Source: an uncultured Actinomycetota bacterium (GTDB lineage: Bacteria; Actinomycetota; Actinomycetes; JAWWOL01). Taken from it: a stretch of DNA of 24,000 nt. The position numbers and the translations under genes are program-made. A model generated the notes under the pieces. It was given only the letters and a program-made list of their open reading frames with translations. It had not been told where the DNA came from and did no database searches. Within the stretch, counting starts at the first letter, position 1. Each line of letters starts with the position of its first letter. This document shows, in pieces, positions 9,033-16,014 of the stretch. The stretch spans positions 2,962,881 to 2,986,880 of the forward strand of contig CAWCPQ010000001.1 in NCBI GenBank assembly GCA_963797535.1, given 5' to 3'.

Positions 9033-9416
9033 ATGGACGAGAAGTACTACCTGGCGTGGGACCCCAGTCGGCCCGTCCTGCACGAGGTGCTGGGGGCAGG
9101 GGTATGGGTCCAGGCTGAGGACGACGCCTATCTGGCCCTGCTTGCCGACCTGCTGAAGCAGGCGCCGGCGGAAGGGTTCGACGTTCTCAGCGACGCACGT
9201 GGCTACACGATGCAGACCGAGAGCTCCAGCGACGACGAGTCCTACGACATGCTCGCAGTTGCCGGCTGCCGACGGTTCGTCCAGATCGTCAGCAAGGCAA
9301 GTGTCGGCATGCAGACCGCCCGGATGATCCGCGGCTCGGCCGAGGGCAGCCGGCTGGAGTTTCACGCGTGCGCAACGCTGGAGGAAGCGTCGGGCCTGCT
9401 CGCCCAGCCCTGGTGA
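9033..9416 (+). CDS. Hypothetical acidic 127-aa cytoplasmic protein (layout loosely reminiscent of SpoIIAA/STAS-like small proteins; speculative)
   Basis: The ORF has a strong third-position G/C bias (roughly 85% by eye) and a natural-looking composition. The antisense ORF 8970..9365 looks like a shadow frame. The SD is weak. I recognise no motif with confidence. Confidence 0.55.
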   Translation: MDEKYYLAWDPSRPVLHEVLGAGVWVQAEDDAYLALLADLLKQAPAEGFDVLSDARGYTMQTESSSDDESYDMLAVAGCRRFVQIVSKASVGMQTARMIRGSAEGSRLEFHACATLEEASGLLAQPW

Positions 9417-9433
9417 GCCGCGGATCCCGTCGC

Positions 9434-10132
9434 TCAGTCGTTGCTGGAGTCCTCGGCCGGAACGCTCTCGTCCTCGTCGACGGCCGGGTGCAGGCTCTCG
9501 GGGATCGTCACGGTTGAGGGTCGCAGCGGGATCGGTGCCACGGTCAGCCCGCGGGCGGCCACCCGCCGTCCGACCTCGGCCGCTGCCGCACCGAGCAGGG
9601 CGCCGAGCAGGAGCGCCCCGATGATGCCGAACGGGCCGCGGCGCCTCGGCCGCTGACCGCGCAGGGCAGCGATCGCTCCGAGCCCACGGATGGCTGCCTC
9701 GACGCGTACCGGCTCGCTGCGCACGACGGCGGTGTCGATCGCGGCCAGCACAGCCGGCGCCACCGTCTCCTTCGTCGCGGTGCTGGCGGCGTCGAGACCG
9801 GGCTTGATCTTTTCCGTGGCGATGCGTCGCCCCTGTCCGGCTGCAGCGACTGCAGCCTTGCTGGCCACCGGGCCGACTCGGTCGCGAGCCCCGGCGGCGT
9901 ACGGCTCGACCACGTCGCGCAGGGTGATCAGGAAAGGCTGCGCCCGCTCCTGGGCGATGATCACGTAGGGGGTGACCCGCTCGAGCGCCGTGTTCACGTA
10001 GGGCTCAGCCGTGACCCGGGCTTGCTGGACGCGAGGGGCGATTGCCACGGCGGCGTCGGACGCCCGTTCGCGCAGCAGGGCCAGGTTGGCCCCTGTGCTG
10101 GCGCGGTCGGAAACATTTCGGGATCGGAACAC
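9434..10132 (-). CDS. Tail-anchored membrane protein with proline-punctuated 11-residue helical repeats (conserved actinobacterial hypothetical, DUF5324-like; positional equivalent of mycobacterial cwsA)
   Basis: There is a single C-terminal TM (GPFGIIGALLLGALLGAAAAEV) followed by an acidic tail. Five exact 11-aa P-x10 repeats occupy nt 9869-10036. The start is set at GTG 10132, preceded by GGAGGTG with 6 nt between GGAGG and the GTG. The track start ATG 10213 has GGGAGGA only 3 nt upstream and adds 27 aa with a lower-GC3 codon mix. The alternative start is not excluded. Confidence 0.7.
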   Translation of the reverse strand: MFRSRNVSDRASTGANLALLRERASDAAVAIAPRVQQARVTAEPYVNTALERVTPYVIIAQERAQPFLITLRDVVEPYAAGARDRVGPVASKAAVAAAGQGRRIATEKIKPGLDAASTATKETVAPAVLAAIDTAVVRSEPVRVEAAIRGLGAIAALRGQRPRRRGPFGIIGALLLGALLGAAAAEVGRRVAARGLTVAPIPLRPSTVTIPESLHPAVDEDESVPAEDSSND

Positions 10133-10160
10133 GGTGCACCTCCGGACAAGGGGTTCTTCG

Positions 10161-10187
10161 GGCACCTGCCCACCGTGGGCGGGTGCC
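10161..10187. promoter_or_regulatory. 27-bp near-perfect palindrome GGCACCTGCCCAC-C-GTGGGCGGGTGCC
   Basis: 13-nt arms with one mismatch (A/G) around a single central base. It lies 29-55 nt upstream of GTG 10132 (minus-strand gene) and about 170 nt upstream of the ppiA start. It could be a dimeric-regulator operator or a 5'-leader hairpin. Confidence 0.35.
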
Positions 10188-10356
10188 AACCGTTCTTGCT
10201 CACTTCCGATCATGATCCTCCCGTCGCCGGGTGGTCCACTCGCCAGGGTCGACTCGGGCGTCGCTCAGGCGTGGCAGGATGGGATGCCGCGGCCGAGACC
10301 CCTCCGCCAGCGCTCAGTCCGACGTACGACATCGCTTGGTTTCCAGGAGGACCCCC

Positions 10357-10881
10357 GTGGCCGAAGAGCTCTACGCAACCCTGCACACCTCGATGGGCGA
10401 CATCGAAGTTCAGCTCTTCCCCAACCAGGCACCCAAGACGGTCGCCAACTTCGTCGGCCTCGCTGAGGGCGACAAGGAGTGGACCGACCCGCGCACCGGG
10501 CAGAAGTCCACGGACGCGCTCTACAGCGGCACGATCTTCCACCGGGTGATCCCGAACTTCATGATCCAGGGCGGCGACCCGCTCGGTTCCGGTACGGGCG
10601 GCCCCGGCTACCGCTTCGGCGACGAGATCCACCCCGACCTGGCCTTCACCAAGCCCTACCTGCTGGCGATGGCCAACGCCGGGCCCGGCACCAACGGCTC
10701 GCAGTTCTTCATCACGGTGGCCCCCACCGGCTGGCTGACCGGTAAGCACACCATCTTCGGTGAGGTCACCAAGGGTGCCGACGTGGTCGACGCGATCGCG
10801 ACCGCGAAGACCGGGGCGATGGACCGCCCGACCACCCCGATCACCGTGGACTCGGTCACCATCGACCGTCGCGAGGGCTGA
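10357..10881 (+). CDS. ppiA: Peptidyl-prolyl cis-trans isomerase, cyclophilin type
   Basis: VAEELYATLHTSMGDIEVQLFPNQAPKTVANFVGLAEG..., GTIFHRVIPNFMIQGGDP and MANAGPGTNGSQFFIT are cyclophilin signatures. The start is re-set to GTG 10357, with GGAGGA 5 nt upstream. The 42-aa track extension is Arg-rich. Confidence 0.95.
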   Translation: MAEELYATLHTSMGDIEVQLFPNQAPKTVANFVGLAEGDKEWTDPRTGQKSTDALYSGTIFHRVIPNFMIQGGDPLGSGTGGPGYRFGDEIHPDLAFTKPYLLAMANAGPGTNGSQFFITVAPTGWLTGKHTIFGEVTKGADVVDAIATAKTGAMDRPTTPITVDSVTIDRREG

Positions 10882-10903
10882 CCGGCTCCGGCCGCCACCG
10901 ACG

Positions 10904-11785
10904 ATGACGGACATTCCCCCGCCCCCCGTCGCTCCAGCGTCCCTGGTGGCGACGGGGCGCGGGCCGGTCCCCTGCTACCGCCACGGCGACCGGATGACCG
11001 CGATCCGCTGCTCGCGCTGCGAGCGGCCGATCTGCCCGGACTGCATGCACGACGCACCGGTCGGGTTCCAGTGCCCGGTGTGCGTCAAGGAAGGCCGACC
11101 CACGCTGCCGCGTACGGTGGCCGGCGCCCGGTTCTCGGGTCGCCAGGGCATCGTCAGCTACACCCTGGTCGCCGCCAACGCGCTCGTCTACGTACTGCAC
11201 GGCCAGGGCACGGCCCACCGGGGCAACTGGGCGCTGTGGCCGATCGGCGTGAAGTACAACGACGAGTACTACCGGCTGTTCACCGCCGGCTTCGTCCACT
11301 TCGGCTTCGTTCACATCGCGTTCAACATGATCGCCTTGATCAGCATCGGACCCCAGCTCGAGTCGGTCCTCGGCAAGGTGCGCTTCACCGCGCTGTACTT
11401 CGTGTCGATGGCGGGCGCCTCAGCGCTGAGCTACCTGCTGCTGCCGATCAACACGCTGGGCGGCGGCGCCTCCGGAGCGATCTTCGGGCTGATGGGCGGC
11501 CTGTTCGTCGTTGCCCGCCGGCTCAACCTCGACACCCGGCAGATCACCGGCTGGATCGTCTACTCGCTCGTCTTCAGCTTCCTGCCCGGCCTCAACGTGG
11601 ACTGGCGCGGGCACATTGGTGGCCTCGTCACGGGTGCTGCGGTCACCTACGTCATGGTGCACGCGCCGCAGAAGCACCGGGTGCTCTACCAGGCCGGCGC
11701 CGTGGTGGCCGGTTTCGCGGTTGCGGCCCTGATCGTGGTCATCCGCTCGGCCACGTTCCCGGCGCTGCCGGGATTCCCGACGTGA
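10904..11785 (+). CDS. Rhomboid-family intramembrane serine protease with N-terminal Cys-rich zinc-ribbon
   Basis: The N-terminus has CYRHGDRMTAIRCSRCERPICPDCMHDAPVGFQCPVC (8 Cys). The rhomboid core shows FVHFGFVHIAFNM, GGASGAIFGLMG (GxSG catalytic Ser) and GHIGGLVTGA (catalytic His). The ATG at 10904 lies 22 nt after the ppiA stop. The track start at 10760 overlaps ppiA in another frame. No clear SD. Confidence 0.88.
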   Translation: MTDIPPPPVAPASLVATGRGPVPCYRHGDRMTAIRCSRCERPICPDCMHDAPVGFQCPVCVKEGRPTLPRTVAGARFSGRQGIVSYTLVAANALVYVLHGQGTAHRGNWALWPIGVKYNDEYYRLFTAGFVHFGFVHIAFNMIALISIGPQLESVLGKVRFTALYFVSMAGASALSYLLLPINTLGGGASGAIFGLMGGLFVVARRLNLDTRQITGWIVYSLVFSFLPGLNVDWRGHIGGLVTGAAVTYVMVHAPQKHRVLYQAGAVVAGFAVAALIVVIRSATFPALPGFPT

Positions 11786-11808
11786 GTTGTCCCCATTGGG
11801 GACAACTC
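11784..11808. terminator. Perfect 11-bp stem / 3-nt loop hairpin GAGTTGTCCCC-ATT-GGGGACAACTC between convergent rhomboid and crgA (likely bidirectional terminator)
   Basis: The perfect inverted repeat was read directly. The left arm overlaps the rhomboid stop codon (11783-11785), and the hairpin ends 34 nt from the crgA stop (11842). There is no U-tract on either side, which is common in high-GC actinobacteria. Confidence 0.6.
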
Positions 11809-11841
11809 CTGTGGAGAACTACACCGGTGTAACTCGCGCGG

Positions 11842-12099
11842 TCAGCGCCAGCGGGTGGACAGCACGAAGCCAACGATGAGGAAGCCGAAGCCGATGGCGA
11901 GGTTCCAGGTCTCGATGGCGGCGATCGGGGCCTTGCCGTTGCCGAGGTAGTAGACGACCAGCCAGGCAACGCCGATCAGGAACGCCGTCGCCATCGCCGG
12001 GCCGACCCACGGCTGCCCGTACTTCTTGCGGTTGGCCGCGCTGTTCACCGCCGGGGCGGAGGACGAGCTGGCCTTCTTGCGGACTCGGGACTTCGGCAC
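11842..12099 (-). CDS. crgA: Cell division protein CrgA (small two-TM septation protein)
   Basis: VPKSRVRKKASSS...RKKYGQPWVGPAMATAFLIGVAWLVVYYLGNGKAPI...WNLAIGFGFLIVGFVLSTRWR matches the CrgA N-terminal MPKSKVRKK motif, the two TM helices and the TRWR end. The start is re-set to GTG 12099, with GAGGAAA 5 nt upstream. Confidence 0.9.
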   Translation of the reverse strand: MPKSRVRKKASSSSAPAVNSAANRKKYGQPWVGPAMATAFLIGVAWLVVYYLGNGKAPIAAIETWNLAIGFGFLIVGFVLSTRWR

Positions 12100-12332
12100 G
12101 GTGGTTTCCTCACAGGTTCGGCCGTCGATGATGGCGTTGGCGTGGGGCACGGGCCAATCCGGCCTCATCGGCGGGTTGCTCGGGTTAGCGTAGTCGCCGA
12201 CGGCCCGGATTTGCGGCCGGTTCGCTCTCTTTTCGGCGCTGCACCTGCCGATGACGTGGTGAACGACGAACAGGCCAGCCCGATCGGAGAACCCACCAGC
12301 ATGACCAGGGCCGGACGCTCGGCAGGAGCGTC

Positions 12333-13124
12333 ATGACCGACGTCTCCGACCCCGAGGCGCCCGCCGCCACTGCTCCGGGGCGGAGCGGCTGGGACACGGT
12401 CCGGCTCATCGTCTCCGGCATCGGCCAGACGCTGATCACCGCCGGTCTGGTCACCCTGCTGTTCGTCGGTTACGAGCTGTGGTTCACCGGCATCTACACC
12501 CACCATCAGCAGCAGCTGGCCGAGAAGCAGATCCAGCAGACCTTCACCGCCGAGCGGGCACCCGCTGCCGCCGGCACCACGACGGGCAAGGCGCCGCCGG
12601 CGGTCAAGCCGCTCAAGCACGCGAAGAACGGCGACGTGGTCTACCCGCCGGTCGCCCACGGCTCCGCCCAGACCATCCTGTACGTGCCGCGGCTCGGCGC
12701 CGGCTACCACTACGTCGTGGTCGAGGGTGTCGACCGGGACGACCTGAAGAAGGGGCCGGGGCACTACCCCGGCACCGCGCTGCCCGGCCAGGCCGGCAAC
12801 CTCGTCATCTCCGGGCACCGCACGACCTATCTCGCCCCGTTCAACCGGATGGACGAGCTCAAGCCCGGCGACCCGGTGATCTTCGAGATGGCCGACGGTT
12901 GGTACACGTACAAGGTCGTCAACACGGAGATCGTCTCCCCGACATCGACCTATGTGATCGACAACCCCTACCCGGACAAGCGGCCGGTCGGGCGCAGCTT
13001 CACGTTCACGACCTGCAACCCCAAGTACTCCGCCAGGCAGCGGTTGGTCGTGTACGGGACCTACGTCTCGCACACGCCGTTCAACAAGCCGCCCGCCGGC
13101 ATCGACGTCGTGAAGGGCGGCTGA
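12333..13124 (+). CDS. srtE: Class E sortase (transpeptidase)
   Basis: N-terminal TM (LIVSGIGQTLITAGLVTLLFVGYELWF), GNLVISGHRTTY (catalytic His), FTFTTCNP (TLxTC catalytic Cys) and a downstream Arg (SARQRLVVYG). AGGAG lies 4 nt upstream of the ATG. The position between crgA and trpG is typical for actinobacterial SrtE. Confidence 0.88.
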   Translation: MTDVSDPEAPAATAPGRSGWDTVRLIVSGIGQTLITAGLVTLLFVGYELWFTGIYTHHQQQLAEKQIQQTFTAERAPAAAGTTTGKAPPAVKPLKHAKNGDVVYPPVAHGSAQTILYVPRLGAGYHYVVVEGVDRDDLKKGPGHYPGTALPGQAGNLVISGHRTTYLAPFNRMDELKPGDPVIFEMADGWYTYKVVNTEIVSPTSTYVIDNPYPDKRPVGRSFTFTTCNPKYSARQRLVVYGTYVSHTPFNKPPAGIDVVKGG

Positions 13125-13127
13125 GCC

Positions 13128-13388
13128 ATGTACGTCTGGATCTGGCGCAAGCTGCCCGGCGGCACGCCGGGCAAGCTGCTCGGCTCCGCGGTGATCCTGG
13201 CCGGGGTCGTGGCGGTGCTGCTGCTGGTGGTCTTCCCGTGGGCCGAGCCGCGGCTGCCGTTCAACAACGTCAACGTCGACCAGCCGTCGACGCAGAACGG
13301 CCCAGCGGTGTCTCCGTCGGCGCCGGTCACGACGGTCAGTCCCACCAGCACCGCCGTCCTCCACCCCTCGGCCACTCCGCACGCGTAG
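13128..13388 (+). CDS. Small single-TM membrane protein with Pro/Ser/Thr-rich C-terminal tail
   Basis: MYVWIWRKLPGGTPGKLLGSAVILAGVVAVLLLVVFPW. The ATG lies 3 nt after the sortase stop, with GAAGGG upstream. Small membrane ORFs beginning MYxWIWR.LPG occur at this position in other actinobacteria, but that is from my memory and is not verifiable here. Confidence 0.6.
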   Translation: MYVWIWRKLPGGTPGKLLGSAVILAGVVAVLLLVVFPWAEPRLPFNNVNVDQPSTQNGPAVSPSAPVTTVSPTSTAVLHPSATPHA

Positions 13389-13398
13389 CATTCCGCAG

Positions 13399-15168
13399 GT
13401 GACCTCCCCGAAGGAAACGTCGGCCGCTATGGCGGCGTACGACGACCGGCCCTGGCTCAGCTCGTACCCCACCGAGGTGCCGCGCGACTACGACATCCCA
13501 TCCGTGCCGCTGACCCGGTTCCTCGACGACGCGGCTGACTCGTTCCCGACCAGCATCGCGGTCACGTTCCTCGGCACCACGCTCACGTACGCCGCCCTGC
13601 GCGCCGACGTCGACGCCTTCGCCGGCGCGCTGGCCGAGCTGGGCGTGACCAAGGGCGACCGGGTCGCGCTGATCCTGCCGAACTGCCCGCAGAACGTGAT
13701 CGCGTTCTACGCGATCCTGCGCCTGGGCGCCGTCGTGGTGCAGCACAACCCGCTCTACACCGCGCACGAGATGGGGCACCAGCTGTCGGACTCCGGCGCC
13801 AAGGTGGTGATCACCCTCGACCGGGCCTACGCGACGGTCGCCGAGGTGCGCGGGGACACGGCGATCGAGCAGGTCATCGTGACCTCGATCATCGACTACC
13901 TGCCCCGCAAGCAGCAGCTGCTGCTCAAGCTGCCGATCCGCAAGGCGAGGGACAAGCGGGCGGAGATCTCGGCGGTGATCCCGTCGGACGCCGACGTGCG
14001 GCGGTTCGGTGACGTGCTCGCCGGCTCCCCCGGCCCGGCCGCGCAGGTCGAGATCGACCCGGCCGCTGACCTGGCGCTGCTGCAGTACACCGGCGGCACC
14101 ACCGGGCTGTCCAGGGGAGCGATGCTCACCCACGGCAACCTCGTCTCCAACGCCTACCAGTGCCGGCTGTGGTTCACGACCGCGCGAGCCGGTCAGGAGC
14201 GCACGCTGGCCGTGCTCCCGCTGTTCCACGCGTACGGGTTGACCCTGTGCCTGGGCCTCACCGTGCTGCTCGCCGGCAACCTGATCCTGATGCCGCGCTT
14301 CGACCTGGAGCTCACTTTCGAGGCGATCGACAAGTGGAAGCCCACCCTGTTCCCCGGCGTGCCCCCGATCTACAAGGCGATGGTCGACTCCCCGGACGTG
14401 GGCAAGCACGACCTGCGGTCGATCAACGAGTGCGTCTCCGGGGCGATGAAGCTGCCGGTCGAGGTGGCAGCCGCGTTCGAGCAGATCACCGGCGGCCGGC
14501 TGGTCGAGGGCTACGGCCTGACCGAGACCTCGCCGGTCACGCACGCCAACCCGCTCACCGGCCCACGCCGCAGCGGCATGATCGGCATCCCGATCCCCGG
14601 CACGCTGGCCAGGGTCGTCGACCAGGAGGACCCGACGATCGCGATGCCGATCGGGGAGCCGGGCGAGCTGGTGATCGCCGGCCCGCAGGTGATGAGCGGC
14701 TACTGGAACTCCTCCGCCGAAGAGCGGACGGAGGTCTTCACCGAGGACGGCTTCCTGCGCAGCGGCGACATCGCGGTGATGGACGCCGACGGCTGGTTCA
14801 CCGTCGTCGACCGCAAGAAGGAGATGATCATCGCCGGCGGGTTCAACATCTACCCGAGCGAGATCGAAGAGGTGCTCTACACGATGGTCGGGATCGCCGA
14901 CTGTGTCGTGGTCGGGGTGCCCGATGCCTACCGAGGCGAGACGGTCAAGGCCTACGTGGTCCTGCAACCCGGTGAGACGTTGACCGAGGCGGACGTCAAG
15001 GCTTTCTGCGCCGAGCGGCTGACCGCGTACAAGGTGCCCAAGCTGGTGGAGTTCCGCGAGACGCTGCCGCGCACGATGGTCGGCAAGGTGCTGCGCCGGG
15101 TGCTGGTGGCCGAGGAGCGCGAAAAGCTCGCAGCAGCAGGCAATCCGGCTCCAGAAACTGCCGGATGA
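13399..15168 (+). CDS. Long-chain-fatty-acid--CoA ligase / AMP-dependent synthetase (FadD-like adenylate-forming enzyme)
   Basis: RPWLSSYPTEVP N-terminal block, LQYTGGTTGLSRGAMLTH (AMP-binding P-loop), GYGLTETS, GDIAVMDADGWFTVVDRKKEMI and a C-terminal GKVLRR lysine. The start is uncertain: GTG 13399 has no SD, while in-frame ATG 13429 has GAAGGA 13 nt upstream. The stop overlaps the trpG start (ATGA at 15165-15168). Confidence 0.9.
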   Translation: MTSPKETSAAMAAYDDRPWLSSYPTEVPRDYDIPSVPLTRFLDDAADSFPTSIAVTFLGTTLTYAALRADVDAFAGALAELGVTKGDRVALILPNCPQNVIAFYAILRLGAVVVQHNPLYTAHEMGHQLSDSGAKVVITLDRAYATVAEVRGDTAIEQVIVTSIIDYLPRKQQLLLKLPIRKARDKRAEISAVIPSDADVRRFGDVLAGSPGPAAQVEIDPAADLALLQYTGGTTGLSRGAMLTHGNLVSNAYQCRLWFTTARAGQERTLAVLPLFHAYGLTLCLGLTVLLAGNLILMPRFDLELTFEAIDKWKPTLFPGVPPIYKAMVDSPDVGKHDLRSINECVSGAMKLPVEVAAAFEQITGGRLVEGYGLTETSPVTHANPLTGPRRSGMIGIPIPGTLARVVDQEDPTIAMPIGEPGELVIAGPQVMSGYWNSSAEERTEVFTEDGFLRSGDIAVMDADGWFTVVDRKKEMIIAGGFNIYPSEIEEVLYTMVGIADCVVVGVPDAYRGETVKAYVVLQPGETLTEADVKAFCAERLTAYKVPKLVEFRETLPRTMVGKVLRRVLVAEEREKLAAAGNPAPETAG

Positions 15169-15767
15169 CCGACGCAGCAAGGATTCTCGTCGTCGACAAC
15201 CGCGACAGCTTTGTGCACAACCTGGTCCACTACCTGCAGGAGCTGGGCGCCTCGGTCGAGGTACGGGGCAACCGCACGTTCCCGCCCGACGAGGTCTATG
15301 ACCCGGTCAAGCTCGGCGTCGACGGGGTGCTGATCAGTCCCGGTCCCGGTCGACCCGAGGACGCCGGGTCGTCGGTCGAGCTGATCCACGGCTGCGCCCG
15401 TACGGGAGTGCCGTTGCTCGGCGTCTGCCTTGGCCACCAGGCGATCGCGGTTGCCTACGGCGGCGTGGTCGGGCCGGCGCCGGAGCTCATCCACGGCAGC
15501 ACGAGCGAGATCTTCCACGAGGGCGCCGGGGTGCTGCACGGGCTGCCCAACCCGTTCCCGGCGACGCGCTACCACTCGCTGGTCGTGGAGGCCGACTCGA
15601 TGCCGGCCGAGCTCGAGATCACCGCGCGGACCGCAGACGGCACCATCATGGGCCTGCGACACCGGGACCACGCCCTCGAAGGCGTGCAGTTCCACCCGGA
15701 GTCGGTGCTGAGCGAGAACGGGCACGAGCTGCTAGCCAACTGGCTCCGCACCTGCGCCACCGTCTGA
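15165..15767 (+). CDS. trpG: Anthranilate / aminodeoxychorismate synthase component II (class I glutamine amidotransferase)
   Basis: ILVVDNRDSFVHNLVHYL, GVLISPGPGRP, LGVCLGHQAI (catalytic Cys) and GVQFHPESVLSENGHELLANWL (His/Glu of the triad). It is convergent with pknB, as at the mycobacterial Rv0013/Rv0014c locus. Confidence 0.92.
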   Translation: MTDAARILVVDNRDSFVHNLVHYLQELGASVEVRGNRTFPPDEVYDPVKLGVDGVLISPGPGRPEDAGSSVELIHGCARTGVPLLGVCLGHQAIAVAYGGVVGPAPELIHGSTSEIFHEGAGVLHGLPNPFPATRYHSLVVEADSMPAELEITARTADGTIMGLRHRDHALEGVQFHPESVLSENGHELLANWLRTCATV

Positions 15768-15769
15768 CC
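15713..15769 (+). repeat. Direct repeat copy 1: the functional trpG 3' end (last 17 codons plus stop)
   Basis: A base-by-base alignment at a 238-nt offset with 15951-16007 gives 53/57 identical. The mismatches are at 15734, 15746, 15749 and 15760. Confidence 0.9.
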
Positions 15770-15792
15770 GGTCCGAATTTCCCCCCGGACGG
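15768..15792 (+). terminator. Candidate hairpin immediately after the trpG stop (CCGGTCCG-aatttccccc-CGGACGG)
   Basis: 7-bp stem with one bulged G and a 10-nt loop, starting 1 nt after TGA 15765-15767. A second 8-bp stem, GGTGCGGG (15799-15806) / CCCGCACC (15831-15838), follows. No U-tract. Confidence 0.35.
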
Positions 15793-15927
15793 TGGGTGGG
15801 TGCGGGCTGATATCCGCTATCGGAGCGAATCCCGCACCGACGCCCGCCTCAGGCGATCACGCCGGGCCACGGCTGCACGCACTCGGCTTAGTAGAGTTCG
15901 ATCAGTGATTCGGCCGGGGCGTTGTAG

Positions 15928-16005
15928 CAGGAGTTGCCGGCGGTCCCGATCGAGAACGGGCACGAGCTGCTCGCCAACTGGCTGCGGACCTGCGCCAGCG
16001 TCTGA
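15928..16005 (+). pseudogene. Orphan trpG 3'-terminal fragment (QELPAVPIENGHELLANWLRTCASV*), a relic second copy of the gene end
   Basis: The frame is open only from 15928 (TAG at 15925-15927) and ends at TGA 16003-16005, 9 nt from the pknB stop codon (16015-16017). Its last 17 codons match the trpG C-terminus ENGHELLANWLRTCATV with one T-to-S change. Confidence 0.65.
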
Positions 16006-16007
16006 CC
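15951..16007 (+). repeat. Direct repeat copy 2 (relic trpG 3' end)
   Basis: See copy 1. Weaker similarity continues about 15 nt upstream (ccgg...cggtgctgag versus ccggcggtcccgat). Confidence 0.9.
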
Positions 16008-16014
16008 CGGCCGG

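Noticed and set aside
12165-15180. Minus-strand ORFs 12165..13472 (435 aa) and 13336..15180 (614 aa)
   Set aside because: They are antisense to the sortase, the small membrane protein and the fadD-like gene, all of which have clear catalytic motifs. The antisense translations are extreme R/G/D/V/H strings.
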